Source: Macrostomum lignano
Lineage: Eukaryota
Assembly: GCA_002269645.1 (NCBI GenBank)
Contig: NIVC01001256.1
Location: 124,001 to 188,000, forward strand
Length of the DNA: 64,000 bases
Direction of reading: 5' to 3'
The stretch's first letter is position 1, and each line of letters begins with the position of its first letter. A program made the position numbers and the translations under genes. This document shows positions 1 to 31,773 of the stretch, in pieces. The notes beneath the pieces are model-generated. The model searched no databases. It was not told where the DNA came from and saw nothing but the letters and a program-made list of their open reading frames with translations.

Positions 1-890
<890 letters not shown>

Positions 891-1625
891 TGAAGCTGGA
901 AGTCCCCACTAGCAGTCAGCACAGCTCTTCAAGTTATCCAGCAATTTTGTCCGGAAAAAATGGACGCATGCTCACGCAATACTACTCATGTCCGCTGTGG
1001 CGAGTCAGTTAGGGTTCTCAGGATACCGGAGAGAAATTAGGGGGGTCGAGAGGCTCTCCGAAATTTCTTGTCTATCAATCGAACCATGAGGACACCGTAA
1101 TCTATTATACCCAATCTATGAAATTCCCTCATATTTGTGATTTCAGATCATCTCAAAATGTATAGACACAAACTCAAATCATTTCATTTTCTTGTGAACA
1201 TGGTATTGAAGATATTTACGCAGCTTGTCTGTCCAAGTAAACCACAAGCCGCATTCTGCTGTAGCCAAAATAAACTCACACACAATCAACAGTCCTGCTT
1301 GTTCTAGACTGACGGCCTTCTCTCTTTATTCGAAACTCGAAAGCATTCAGTCTGCTTCTCATATATGTATAATTTCTCATACGAGCTACATGTATATGTT
1401 TGTTCTCATTGCTTTTATCTTCTGGAGCTTTTGCGTTCGTTTCTGGACAGAGTAATCCATCCAGACTCCGCCAGCTCCCTCATCGCCTGTTCATCCATTC
1501 TGTGCTCAGCCCTATCCATCATCCTGAGGGGGACTCTGCTTGGGATACTTCTGCTTTGGGAAGTTGGCTGTTTTGAATGTCAAAAATACAAGTTCACACA
1601 CAGATACTGTCATATCTACTTTCAA

Positions 1626-2069
1626 TCAGTCAGTCAGTCAGTCAGTCAGTCAGTCAGTCAGTCAGTCAGTCAGTCAGTCAGTCAGTCAGTCAGTCAGTCA
1701 GTCAGTCAGTCAGTCAGTCAGTCAGTCAGTCAGTCAGTCAGTCAGTCAGTCAGTCAGTCAGTCAGTCAGTCAGTCAGTCAGTCAGTCAGTCAGTCAGTCA
1801 GTCAGTCAGTCAGTCAGTCAGTCAGTCAGTCAGTCAGTCAGTCAGTCAGTCAGTCAGTCAGTCAGTCAGTCAGTCAGTCAGTCAGTCAGTCAGTCAGTCA
1901 GTCAGTCAGTCAGTCAGTCAGTCAGTCAGTCAGTCAGTCAGTCAGTCAGTCAGTCAGTCAGTCAGTCAGTCAGTCAGTCAGTCAGTCAGTCAGTCAGTCA
2001 GTCAGTCAGTCAGTCAGTCAGTCAGTCAGTCAGTCAGTCAGTCAGTCAGTCAGTCAGTCAGTCAGTCAG
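1626..2069. repeat. (TCAG)n
   Basis: Direct reading. Confidence 0.98.
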
Positions 2070-2858
2070 ACGGTCATCGGCACCACTCTAATTAATAACC
2101 CGAGCAGCTGCCCGTTCCGGATGAGCTCCGGTGAGTTCTGCCCCCCCCCCCGTCCCCTCCCCAACCCTAAGCGGAAGAAGCTGGGAGGCAGCCTTGAATT
2201 GCTCAATTTTTTCTTCTAATGCCTCGGCTGTGACAGCGCGCTGCGCCTCACCCCAGGCTGGGCATCCAGGATCAGCATCGCCAGCTAAGCGCGGCAAGCA
2301 GAGCATAAATCACGCCAGAATCCCGGGAGGAAGCCGGTGTGTTTGTCAACCACGTGGGGTCGGCAACGCCGACTTGGCGCAAAGTTTTCGGCGCAGGCTG
2401 GCCGCGCGCTCTTCATGCAGTTCAATAATTTATTGGCGGGCCTCCATTTATGAGCATTCGGTCATCGCACCCTTCAGGGTCCTCTGTCGGCCGATGGGAG
2501 CAGAGCTGCCAGACCACCCGCTGGCTCGCCACTCAGTTCCACCTCCCACGCCACAGCCGGCGATTGGCTGCCTGGAGTCGATCATTGATGCTGGGAGCAG
2601 GGGGGGGGGCTGAGCCATCCCCGTCCCAGCTCAAGGATGTCAAAAAGAATCGAGAGACCTAAGCAGCTCATTAGCCTCAGAGCGGCCAGTCTTCTCATCC
2701 TGGCCTCCCCGAACTCCGCAGCCATGCAGCACCGTCCACGGCTTGTGCAAATTGGCAGGCAGAACAGCTCCATGACCTTCATCACGGTGAGGCCCGCGGG
2801 GCGGAGGGAGGCTGAGCTGACATCAAATTTGCACTGTTGGATTGGACTGAGAAGTCGA

Positions 2859-3297
2859 GACTCTTGAGCGGGACTGAATTCGGGACTCTTGAGCGGGACT
2901 AAATTCGGGACTCCTGAGCGGGACTGAATTCGGGACTCTTGAGTGGGACTGAATTCGGGACTCTTGAGCGGGACTGAATTCGGGACTCTTGAGCGGGACT
3001 GAATTCGGGACTCCTGAGTGGGACTGAATTCGGGACTCCTGAGCGGGACTGAATTCGGGACTCCTGAGTGGGACTGAATTGGGGACTCCTGAGCGGGACT
3101 GAATTCGGGACTCTTGAGCGGGACTGAATTCAGGACTCTTGAGCGGGACTAAATTCGGGACTCCTGAGCGGGACTGAATTCGGGACTCTTGAGTGGGACT
3201 GAATTCGGGACTCCTGAGTGGGACTGAATTCGGGACTCTTGAGTGGGACTGAATTCGGGACTCTTGAGCGGGACTGAATTCGGGACTCTTGAGCGGG
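2859..3297. repeat. 25-bp minisatellite gactcttgagcgggactgaattcgg
   Basis: Period 25. Confidence 0.95.
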
Positions 3298-3572
3298 GTT
3301 AAGCTACTGAGAATTGAACTCGGGAGCCGGGATTAGAATTCGGATAAATTGCTTGAGTGAAGTCGCAGCAATCTGAGCATCAATTAATATTTACTGGTAC
3401 TCGGGATAAAGTTGGGGAACACTCACAGACTCACTCAGGCAGAGGTGCCCACGGGGATTTTGCACATGTAGGGGAGTCCGTTGTACTTTTCCTCAGCTCT
3501 TAGTTTGCTGTGAGGGTGGGACAGTAATTTTCAGAGGACAGTAGGGACAGTAGCCCCGGGATCCAATCTTTT

Positions 3573-4005
3573 TGGCGCCCCGGGAACTCATCTCCTTGGC
3601 GCCCGGGAACTCATCTCTTTGGTGCCCTAGTAACTAATCTTTTTGGCGCCCCGGGAACTCATCTCCTTGGCGCCCCGGGAACTCATCTCTTTGGTGCCCT
3701 AGTAACTAATCTTTTTGGCGCCCCGGGAACTCATCTCCTTGGCGCCCCGGGAACTCATCTCCTCGGCGCCCCGGGAACTCATCTCCTTGGCGCCCTGGGA
3801 ACTTATCTCCTTGGCGCCCCGGCAACTTATCTCCTTGGCGCCCCGGCAACTTATCTCCTTGGCGCCCTGGGAACTTATCTCCTTGGCGCCCCGGCAACTT
3901 ATCTCCTTGGCGCCCCGGGAACTCATCTCCTTGGCGCCCCGGGAACTGATCTCCTTGGCGCCCCGGGAACTCATCTCCTTGGCGCCCCGGGAATTAATCT
4001 TGGCA
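3573..4005. repeat. 24-bp minisatellite ggcgccccgggaactcatctcctt
   Basis: Period 24. Confidence 0.95.
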
Positions 4006-5188
4006 CCTTGTCCTTAGCTTTCGGCGCATTTGTAAGTCCAAAAAGATATTTTAGGCAGTGGAATTCTCCTGAGCACTGCAGAACAAGCGAGGAGTCGCGG
4101 CGAACTTCCAGATTTGCCCTAGCAAAATTTCTTTGTCCCCGCAATAAAAAGAACTCCCAGTGCTTGAGAACTGTTTGCCTGGAAACAAGCGACTGAAGCG
4201 TCTAATGAAAACTAATTTTCAATCATTAGGGAAAAGTTGGCCCTCAGCTTGAACGGGAAGAGCGGGAAGGATTAGGATTAGCAGTGCGTGGGTGAGCCTG
4301 GGCTGCCGCCGCTACCACGGTGTCCCCGTCAGTCCAGCTTCCTTCCTGGCACCGATGCAGTCCGGCCTCATGCATAATTACAGTTCAGCATTCCCGCCCA
4401 GCCTTGGACTCTCGCAGCCCTTGTCTACTTCTCCCCGCTGCTATGCTCAAACTGTGTTTTCCCTGCCGTGATCCGGGAGTACTGCAGTAATTGCTGCCAG
4501 TTTGGCAGGCCCAGCCTGTATGCGCCGCAGATGGCCTTCAAATTGGATCGCCAACCCATGAATGAGAGGCGGTATCTCAGCCGCTCTCCTGAGCTAAATT
4601 AATTTGGCCCGCCATAGCAGATTTGCATAAATGCTCAGCCGCTGCAGGGGCTCTGTCTGACCCGGCGGCTTGGCTTTCCCAGCCCTTGTAGCTTCGATGC
4701 CAAATAGATGAAGGAATTGGTGAGCAACAGAGGAGAATAGGTGGGGGGGAGAATAATCCTCTCAGGCTTTTCTGAACTACCGATATGTAGAGTAGCAAAC
4801 TTATCTTGAAGGCAATGCGATTTTTTACAGCTCGGCATGAAATGCACTTTATCGATTGAAATTCGAATATATCTATTCGAAGTAACAAATATGGCCAAAT
4901 ATAGAATTTCCCCGCGGGATAAATTGCTGTGGCCCGGCCCTGCCCGCATCACTGCAGGCAGCTGTGCCGAATCCCCGCATTTGCTTGCCGCCAGGTCGGG
5001 GCTGCCAGCTGGGCCTCATCAGCTCAGCTCGGCTGTTGTTTTCCCCCTCGCCTCTCGCCCGAACTGGCGCGCCGGGCGGCTGCTCAAAGCGAGCCGAAAT
5101 GCGGGAAACGAGCTGGAGTGAGACTGGGAGACCTTTGAGAGCTCTGCCTGCTGCCGCCCTCAGCAGCGCGGCATCTCCGCCTCTCACT

Positions 5189-5670
5189 TTGTCTCCCTTC
5201 CCCTCTCTGTGTCTCCCTTCCCCTCTCTGTGTCTCCCTTCCCCTCTCTGTGTTTCCCTTCCCCTCTCTGTGTCTTCCTTCCCCTCTCTGTGTCTCCCTTC
5301 CCCTCTCTGTGTTTCCCTTCCCTTCTCTGTGTCTCCCTTCCCCTCTCTGTGTTTCCCTTCCCCTCTCTGTGTCTCCCTTCCCCTCTCTGTGTTTCCCTTC
5401 CCTTCTCTGTGTCTCCCTTCCCCTCTCTGTGTTTCCCTTCCCCTCTCTGTGTCTCCCTTCCCCTCTCTGTGTCTCCCTTCCCCTCTCTGTGTTTCCCTTC
5501 CCCTCTCTGTGTCTCCCTTCCCCTCTCTGTGTCTCCCTTCCTCTCTCTGTGTCTCCCTTCCCCTCTCTGTGTCTCCCTTCCCCTCTCTGTGTCTCCCTTC
5601 CCCTCTCTGTGTCTCCCTTCCCCTCTCTGTGTCTCCCTTCCCCTCTCTTTGGCTCCCTTCCCCTCTCTCT
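5189..5670. repeat. 20-bp pyrimidine-rich minisatellite gtctcccttcccctctctgt
   Basis: Period 20. Confidence 0.95.
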
Positions 5671-7116
5671 ATCTTCTTTTTTTTACCGCTGTCTATCTCT
5701 GGACTCCCCTTCAGTAATAATAATACTAATTCCAGAAGCAATAAATTATAATAATAATAAGTCCCTGGCGCAACGTCTTTTGCCAACAATCTCCCATCCA
5801 CTCTCTCCCTTTCTCTCTGCCTCCCTCTCTATTTCACAGCATCCCGTTCCCAAAGCTGTCGTCCCTCTTCAATGCGCTGCAGATTAATTTAAACAGACAG
5901 GCGCCTGTGGCGGAGGAGGGACAGAGGTCAAAATCTCAGGATGCAGGCCTCCTCGCTGTGTATCCCAAGTGCCTACAAAAGTTACTAATAAATAACGCTA
6001 AGGTGTTGCTGGCAACCCGCCGTCCCTACTCGGTCAGCCCACGGGCCTAATTGGCTTCACCTTTAGTCATCCATGCCGCGGATATGCGGATCTTCCGCCC
6101 CTTGCTTTCCGCCCCCCCCCCGCACCGGACCCAGCAATAGAGCAATATTAGTGCGGAAAGTGCAATAACAGACAGACTTTTGCTGTCCTTCCGACCCCCC
6201 CCCCCAGCATAAAACTGATTCCCCTCCCCCAGTATTGCGCGCACTCCGCGCACTCCACGCAGCCCCGCTGGCATTTGGCTGCCGCCCCCGCCGGCCAAAG
6301 TGCGCCGTCCGCTGCCGCCCGCCGTCTGCTGCTGCTGCTGCTGCTTGCTACTCTCCCCTTCCTCTCGCAAATGTCGGAGGACCGAATCACTGAGATGGAG
6401 GTGACTGCCGGCTGCCTGTCTGCCGTCTCCCGTAGAGTCCGAGCGTAGAGTACGGCTGCTTAAATTTTCACTGGCACATTCTCATCTCCTACTCATAGTA
6501 GCCAGTGCTCACAGAGCTATTTGCCATAGCCAGCCGAGGGGAGGGACAGGGAGGGAGGGAGGAAACTGTGGGGGGATGTTGGGAAGAATGGGGAGCCTAA
6601 ATCCTGGAGGATTTCATGGGAGGGATCCGCGGGGCGATATGCGTGCGCGGCTGCCTTCGGACCTGAGGCCCGAAATGTGACGAATGTTCCCCTCGTTGCT
6701 CTTCCCCCGCCCTCTCCACAAGGTGGGGATCCAGAGGAAGGAGGAAGTCGTCGATTGGGCAGCGGCGGCTTAGCGAAGTGGATTAGGTGCGACTGCCGGG
6801 GAGACCGGGGCCCCGGCCTGCTGGCCCGGGGATTGGCCGCCGCGCTCGCTCTAAAAACAGCAGCACTGCGGGATCGCGGTGTTCCTCCGCCTCCCATTCT
6901 TTGCCCCCCCTCTCTCCCTCTCTGTCTTGGCCTCCAAATGCCCCTATAGAAATCCCGTCGGACTGCACAGTTCAGTCTGGGAAAGACAGAGGCGCAGACG
7001 GGAAAAATCCCCTACGCAAGCGGCGGCCGCAGCTGCGTCATCAGAACAGAGCTTCATCAGCGTCAGCCCCGATCTCCCCTGCCCCGCGCAGGCTGGAGGC
7101 AGGTCAGCAGCCGGGG

Positions 7117-23977
<16,861 letters not shown>

Positions 23978-24000
23978 CGACCTGCGGCTGCTGGTGGCGG

Positions 24001-24568
24001 CCCGACTGCACTGCCCACTGCCCCGATTGCACTGCCCACTACCCCGATTGCACTGCTCACTGCCCCGATTGCACTGCCTGCCCACTGCCCCGATTGCACT
24101 GCCTGCCCACTGCCCCGATTGCACTGCCCACTGCCCCGATTGCACTGCCCACTGCCCCGACTGCACTGCCCACTGCCCCGATTGCACTGCCCACTGCCCG
24201 ATTGCACTGCCTACTGCCCCGATTGCACTGCCCACTGCCCCGACTGCACTGCCCACTGCCCCGATTGCACTGCCCACTGCCCCGATTGCACTGCCTACTG
24301 CCCCGATTGCTCTGCCCACTGCCCCGATTGCACTGCCCACTGCCCCGACTGCACTGCCCACTGCCCCGATTGCACTGCCCACTGCCCCGATTGCACTGCC
24401 TACTGCCCCGATTGCACTGCCCACTGCCCCGATTGCACTGCCCACTGCCCCGACTGCACTGCCACTGCCCCGATTGCACTGCCCACTGCCCCGATTGCAC
24501 TGCCCACTGCCCCGATTGCACTGCCCACTGCCCCGACTGCACTGCCCACTGCCCCGACTGCACTGCCC
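24001..24568. repeat. 21-bp minisatellite cccgattgcactgcccactgc just after the channel stop codon
   Basis: Period 21. Confidence 0.95.
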
Positions 24569-26825
24569 GCCTTCAACCTACAAACCCGGAGACCGCTGCA
24601 CCCGCTGCCCCAGCATGCCGCCTGGTGCAGCCGACTGCCAGCTTCAAAGGGCGACACAACGCGGGAACAGAAGCAGAAACTTAAAAAAAACAGCGGCTTT
24701 AATCGCACGGTAGGCAGAACTGACGTGCCGCTTGCTCTGCGGTTTGCATGCCGTTTCTCCGGTGTTGTTTCTCCGCTGCTTTATTAGCCTACTAATAGTA
24801 GAGATGACAGCTTCCTAATGAAGAACCGGCCAACCCCCTGCTGCAGAACAAGATCCAGTTCTACCAGATGGTGGAAAGCCACGGCCGCGGCGCCAACCGC
24901 AAAAACTCAGTTGGAGCCGACCTGGCCCGGCGCCAGCATCACCAGCATCATCACCGGAGGAATCACAATCAGCTGACAGGTGGCGCCAGGTGACAGACTG
25001 CTTGCTGTCCCTCGCCGCCTCTGTGTCCCCCCCCCAAGCCGGTCCGCTCTTAGCCAGGACAATCAATGCGCCAAGTATAAATTATAGTTTCATATTTTTC
25101 GTTGCTGCTAATAAATACTTGTAATAATGATTCATCAACTTTCCTTTCGCCGTTTACTGCACCAATTTCCCCTGCAATCAGTAACAGTCACGTGCAGCTC
25201 GCATGCATCTGATGAGCAGTTTGAGTTCATCAGTTTTCTCCCGAACTCCCGAAGACTCCACAAGCCCCGAAAGGAACATCTTATTGCATTTTGCCCAGGT
25301 TTCGCTATAATCACACCTGCAATCAGTTATAATTAATACTTCTATTGCTGCTGTTGTTATACTTTGATGTCAATAGCGCGCCAAATTAAACTAATTCAAA
25401 CGCTCGAGCAAATTTTAACGAGCGAGTTGTTAACCCCGCCGAGTCCCGGGCAGCCCGTCACAGGCTCAATGAGTCAGATTGCAAATTTCCAAAAATATAA
25501 AGAGTAAATATTTATATCTTACTTTAACCTAGCAGTGATCTATCCGAATGAAACAGCAAGTGAACTCATTGATTTTAAATAAATTATTAATTTCAAATAA
25601 ATGGATTACTTAGCAAAAACTTGACTGCCACATCCGTGAACTTGGTTGTAAAAACAAGCTCAATCTCTGACTACAAAAAACACAGTACGCCCGCATAAAT
25701 AAATATAATTGATTTATTTTATAGAAAAAACAAACGATAAGAAATGCGATAGTCTACTGAAATAAGTAGATTGCCATGCGTGTGAACATTCGGTTTCATT
25801 CTTCATGGGCTTCATTCACGCATAGTTCACAGACTCTCCGCAATGTTCACACAATCCCCGCATAATTCACACACATCCTTCATCATTCACAACCTAGCAT
25901 AACTCATTCACACACTCGAAGAAGTATCCAAAATCATTCACGCAATCCTAGCATCGTTCACCCACTTGCAGCAGCATTCACACTCTCTCGCACACCGTGA
26001 TGAAAGCTCATCGGACTCAAACACAGGCTGCGCCAATATCGATCTTGAGTTCTGCTAAGCGAAAGGGATATCTGTTTGACCAGTGGCTGGAGCGACTGTA
26101 GCGGCTCTGATCCCAAATTCCTTTCCTCCTCCTCATCCTCCTCCTCCGCTGCATCCTCGTTTCCTGAGTCCTTCTAGGGGCAGAAATCGTCTCTCTCTCT
26201 CTCTCTCTCTTCCCTCCTTCGGATGCTTTTTTCACCCCCGCACTTTCAGTCTGCACAGCACAGGCCGGCAGCCAAGCGTACGCACTGGGGGTTTCACTGC
26301 TCGGTTCGAGTGGCAGTAGAGTTGATCTCGCATTCAACTGGGGGGACAGCCGGTTAAAGCCACCACCCAGAGCAGCGAGCAATCCTCTGGCTCACAGTTG
26401 AGTGGAGGGGATTTCATCCCGCCGGAGGGAGGGACAGCGTCGAAGAAGGGAGAGTGGGGATAATGCTAGAAAAGGAGGGAAGAGAAGAGAGGAGGGGAAG
26501 AGAGGCAGCAGAGAGCTAATAGAGATGAGGAATCCGATGGGAAGAGGGGAGCGGAGCTCAGCCGACACCAGCCTCTCGAATCCGCAGCCCCCGTTGCTGA
26601 GTTGGGCAGGCAGCGAGGCGAGAAAGAATAAGAAATGCAGCGAGCCTCGAGGGCGCAGGGATGCGAGCCAAAAATCTACAAAGCGGCCAGGCGGGCAGCG
26701 GCTTGCCAGGCACTTGGGGGAGCAGCGACCACGCCCGCCAGCCCTGACTGGCTACGGTGCAAGCGGACTTGAGAACTGGCCCAGATTCTAATACTCAGAG
26801 CCACACCTGGACACCTGGGCGAGCA

Positions 26826-28584
26826 ATGCGGCCATCTGGCGAACTCGACGGCATTGCAGCCGCCTTCTGGCCTCGGCGTCACGGGCGCCTTCGCTGGCGG
26901 CTGGTGCAGACTGGCGCGGCCGCCCTGCTGCTGTCCGCCCTGCTGCTCTACCTGACCTCGTCGTCTACCACCCGACATATGTCGGCCCTGTCAGCCTCGC
27001 CGACTGTCGGGCAGTCGTCTCAACGACGTCTCCTGCTGGAGGCAGCAGTGATTAACGAATCGGTTAACAGCAACTTGTCCGAGCGGCAGCTGCAGCTGAG
27101 CAGAAAATACTGGGCAAAGGTAGAGTAGGTAGAGTAGAATAGAGTGGAGAAGAGTAGAGTAGAGTAGAGTAGAGTAGAGTAGAGTAGAGTAGAGTAGAGT
27201 AGAGTAGAGTAGAGTAGAGTAGAGTAGAGAGGAGTAGAGTAGAGTAGAGTAGAGTAGAGTAGAGTAGAGTAGAGCAGAATAGAGTAGAGTAGAGTAGAGT
27301 AGAGCAGAGGAGAGTAGAATAGAGTAGAGTAGGGCAGAGTAAGATAGAGTAGAGTAGAGCAGAGGAGAGAGAGTAGAGTAGAGTAGAGTAGAGTAGAGTA
27401 GAGTAGAGTAGAGTAGAGTAGAGTAGAGCAGAGTAGAGTATAATAGAGTAGAGTAGGGCAGAGCAGAGTAGAGTAGAGTAGAGTAGAGTAGAGTAGAGTA
27501 GAGTAGAGTAGAGTAGAGTAGAGTAGAGTAGAGTAGAGTAGAGTGGAGAAGAGGAAGGTAGAGTAGAGTAGAGCAGAGGAGAGAGAATAGCGCGAGAGGA
27601 AAGACAGGATTACTGCCATGCTGAATTCAATTTCTGTTTGTTTTCCAGGTGCAGCTGCACTTTTCCAACGGCGGCGCCGACTCCCCACACTACCGGATGC
27701 TTGAGTCCCGATGCAGCGTCCCCGACAACGAGACCGAGCCGATCCAGGCGCTCCAGTTGCCCCCGACCGGCTTCTCTGACCACCCCTACCTGATCAACTC
27801 CGGCCCCTGCACCGGCCGCGTCTCCATCGTCCTCGCCGTTCACTCGGCCATCGGGCACTCGGACCGGCGCCGTGTCATCCGCGAGACCTGGGGCAGCGTC
27901 CGCTACGTCCGCGGCCGCCGGCTGCTGCTCGTTTTCTTTCTCGGCCGGCCGGCCGGCGACGCCGAGCAGCGGCAGCAGGCCGCAGTGGCGGAGGAGGCGG
28001 CCCGCCACCAGGACATTGTGCAGCGCGACTTTGTTGACAGCTACAGGAACATGACCATCAAGCACCTGGGCATCTACGACTGGCTGTTCGAGTTCTGCAA
28101 GTCCGCCGACTGGCTCGTCAAGGTCGACGACGATGTGTTTGTCGACGTCTTCCACCTGGAGGCGTTTCTCAGCACCTACCGGCCGGGCGCTGGGCTCTGC
28201 TGCAAGGTGCAGAGCGGCAGGCCGGAGCGAGTCCCCAGCGACAAGTGGTTCGTCACCAGGCGGGAGTTCCCCGGCGACAAGTACCCAAAGTACTGCGAAG
28301 GCTACGCCTACATCATCAAGCCGACGCTCGCCCGGCTGCTCTACTGGTGCTCCGTGTTCTCCAGACGTCTGTGGATCGATGACGTCTACGTGCTGGGCAT
28401 CCTAGTGCAGCGGCTGGGCCTCCGGCACCAGCCAGCCCTGCAGGGTCACCTGTGGGCCGACCTGCTGCCCAGCCACATGGGAAAGGCCATTGTTGATTAC
28501 GTCTTCCTGGTGGACAGGCACAACGGACTCCAGGCCAGCACCTGGCGGAGACTGCACAGGGCTGCTGTGAAGTACTCCTACTGA
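26826..28584 (+). CDS. GT31-family beta-1,3-galactosyltransferase-like type II membrane protein, about 409 aa
   Basis: Exon 1 26826-27119 carries the signal anchor AAALLLSALLLYL; exon 2 27649-28584; phase-0 join. Motifs: RR.VIRETWG, DIVQRDFVDSYRNMTIK, VKVDDDVFV, KWFV..EFPGDKYPKYCEGYAY, IDDVYVLG. Confidence 0.93.
27120..27590. repeat. (TAGAG)n filling the GT31 intron, starting at the donor GT
   Basis: aag|gtagag.. Confidence 0.97.
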
Positions 28585-29426
28585 CCTGCCTGCGCGCACA
28601 CAAGCTGCTGTGCGAGTGTTAATACGCGCATTAACAAACGTATTTATTTTTGTTAATATCGATAAGAATATTGTTTACATGTTGCAAAATAAATTTGAGA
28701 AAATAATTTTAGATTTCTTTTTATAGATCGATCGGTTTTATTAATCCGAAATTAAATTATCAATCACAATTTTCTGTCACTTTAGAGTCATGATTGCCTC
28801 CACCAAAAATGATGCCGACCAACTGATGCCACAGCAGCTCTGAAAGGAAGATTGTATAAATTATCGAGTGAATTCAGTGCACACAACCGGCGAGGGCCAT
28901 TGCTGCCCATTCCGCCGACTCCCCTGAGCAGGCGCACAAGCGCGCGGATACGTACGCAGGCACACACTCACACAGGAGTGTACAGCGGCCCTAACTTTAT
29001 TTATCGTTAGGCATGTACACTTCACTGCGGCTTGCGGGTTGGCCCTCAAGGGCGTTTAAAATTGCACGAGCAGAGCCAAGCCGAGATTCCAATTTAGCCC
29101 CAAATTAATGTGACTGCACTTGGAATCGAGCCTGGGCCGCTGGAACATCAGACCGCCGCGCTGGGCGTTAAAGATGGTTAATTATAATTATTATGGTTAA
29201 TGAAGAACGGTATTGAACGAGAAGAGAAATAAGGGGATTGTAGATAAGATTAGATAAGCTAACGAAGATAAGGTAAGGACCAGACCAGGGCATGGGGTTT
29301 CGGGTGGAGAGGCCAGCCCCCCATTTTAATAAGAGCAGGCTCTTTTTCAGCTGAGAATCTGGGACGCCCTGGGTGAAGCATGCACTGGTCAGTTGTTTCA
29401 AGTGAATGCTGACGCACCGCATTGAG

Positions 29427-29754
29427 CTACTGGAGAATGATAGCCTCTACCGTAGTGGCGTCCATTTGCAGAAGGTCGTCAAGGCTTTTTGGCGCCTCTG
29501 TGGTCTCCTGTTCGTGAGCTCGCATTTTCTGAACGAACGGCTTCAGCTTCTGGATGCACTGAGACACCCCCTTGGGGTCCGGCATCGGGCGGTCGGTGGG
29601 CGGAGAGCCCTGGGACGGCGAGGTCTCTAAAAGTTCAAGTAAAAAATGCAAGTAAACAATGATTTGCAGTATCCTAATTAACATAATGAGCTCACTCACC
29701 GAGCACCAGGATCAGGGCGAACAGCAGAACAGTTGACAGGCAGAGAGTTCGCAT
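29427..29754 (-). CDS. Small secreted protein, family member C (84 aa, ends AIILQ)
   Basis: Exon 1 29754-29700 (MRTLCLSTVLLFALILVL, |gtgagt, phase 1); 73-nt intron; exon 2 29626-29427 after ttttag|; ATTAAA about 100 nt after the stop. Confidence 0.72.
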
Positions 29755-30349
29755 TGTGGAAGCGTTGGCAGTGCGTGACTATGCGGCAAAACTAATTGAG
29801 TCGAGTCAGTTGAGTCTTATCTGCAATGCTCCGAGCACCTCATATTTATTTATTTCTGCATCCGCGCCCACTCAAAGTCAAGTGCAGACTTCTTTAGCAG
29901 GCAATTAATTTTCCGGTTTCGATTGCTCTCAGTTTTCAGACAGCTGTTTCTACTGCGATCTTAGGATTTAAACGCCCACCAAACTTTGAGTTTCCGTGCT
30001 CAGGTGTGCCACAAAAAACCGAGAAACAAATCAAAGGAGAAAATGAATGCCCCGAGCAACAGATTACAGCGAAAGTGCTGATTACATGAGGATTTGGTGA
30101 CAGATGAGGCTTCAACTGAGTCCTCAGTCCCAGCTCGGATTTCGGTGTGAAAGCCACAGCTGGCGGGCCAGAAATTATAATTAAAAATATACTGTGCTAC
30201 TCTATATGCCCTCGGAGTTAAGCAGTTCACGAACTCAAAGAGACTTAACTTCAGAGAACACAAGTTTCCTTTTAACTTTATTGGGAATTGGAGCAGTTCA
30301 GTCACTGTAAAAAATTCTTAATTCCTTTGCACCCTATGGACTTCAGAAT

Positions 30350-31120
30350 TACAAATGGAAAAAGTTTTATTGGAAAGCGACGCCATAGACATTCAAGCCA
30401 GGCCACAGGCTCGGGCTGCTTGGGAATACACAACCATACGAGAGAATGTGGATTCGGTCGTAGAATGTGGAATGGACAATAAAAATGGGAAAATGCCATT
30501 CAAAACGGGAATTCGCCCAATTTAATGTATTTTTTATATCTCAGGGTCACTGGAATATTTAAAAGTGAACTAAGTGTCCGTTATCGGAAGCAAAACAAAA
30601 GTAACTCAGAACTCCTTGAGAGTCAGGAAAGGATTTTCATCGAGTTTCTCAACCAAGAATTCCCCCATTTCCTGATCGGCCTTGCACAATCCTTCTTTCC
30701 GACCACCGCGAGGAAGGGATTCTGCACTCTGCCATCGAGTCGAAAGTTGGCAGCGATTCGGAATGCGGTTGTTTTCTTGATTTGCAAGATTCTTGCAGCT
30801 CCTGCGATGCATGACCCTTGTTCAATCGCATCAGTCAGCCGCTGGCGATCTGCTAAAGGAATTGGTGGCGCCATTGAATGGGGTCATTTTCAGGCCAAAG
30901 ACGAGCAAACAGGGGAGGGAGGGACAGAGAGCTAAAAAATCTCAGTCCTATTCCCGTTTTGAATGGCTTTTTCCCATATTGAATGTCCAAAGTTATAGTC
31001 TATGGCCAAGCCTCCCTCAGTAGACTGCTAAACTGCTTAAGTCCATGACTAAGGGTGTGATCTGTGGCCTGGCTTGAATTTCTATGGCGTCTCGTTTTGA
31101 TTGTCCAAATTCCCATTTAG
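30350..31120 (-). mobile_element. Internally deleted Tc1/IS630-like DNA transposon with long imperfect TIRs
   Basis: Frameshifted HTH-type N-terminus on the minus strand (RQRLTDAIEQG..ARILQIKKTTAFRIA / LPRGGRK..DQEMGEFLVEKLDENPFLTLKE). Inverted matches: gacgccatagacattcaagccaggccacag vs ctgtggcctggcttgaatttctatggcgtc, and atgggaaaatgccattcaaaacgggaat vs attcccgttttgaatggctttttcccat. Exact ends not resolved. Confidence 0.7.
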
Positions 31121-31773
31121 ATCGACAAAACCGATTATTTATTTTCCATTTATACATGTCTAGGGCAATAAATGCAATAAATGAAAATCTAAGCGGGGTC
31201 TAAATTTATCCAAAAAACGGTTTTGCTGTCGATGGTCCAACTCTTCCTTGAATTATGGAAGCCAGAAATCCTGCTGGCGGATTGAAATTGTTTCGTTGAG
31301 ATGCTCTGTTGTCTATGGCCAACGTTTGAAGCCAACTGTACCCTTTAAACACAGAGAGATAAGTTAAGAGGAGTTAACAGAGATCAGGAAGATTCGGAAA
31401 TCTCTCTCGATCTGTTATAAAGTCGATATTTTCTGCCAAAGTAATCCAATGGTCGAAAGATTTCAAAATATAAACGAGAACGAATTTAACACAATCTTTC
31501 ATGGAGACATGCGAGTGGTTGGTAGCTCGTAGCCACGTTTAAGGAGTGGTACTACGAGGCGAAAAAAACAAACTCAGAGTTCAGGCGATGGACCTGCAAT
31601 GATGCATGGTTCTGAAAGAGATGGACGAGTTCACCAAGTCTGAATCTTAACTGGCTGATGAAAATGTTCATTCTGGAGGTGAGGGCTAAGCGTAGAGAGA
31701 GTTATTCAACTGGGACGTTGAAAGATTTCTATTCGTCGATTCAGTACTGAATTCATTGGTGCTGAATTATTCT

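Noticed and set aside
6371-6405. MSEDRITEME|gt as an upstream coding exon of the channel
   Set aside because: Its phase-0 donor is out of frame with the acceptor at 7091.
29100-29170. tRNA-like sequence on the minus strand (ggctcgattcc)
   Set aside because: No complete cloverleaf; at best a decayed SINE head. I found no supportable tRNA gene in the window.
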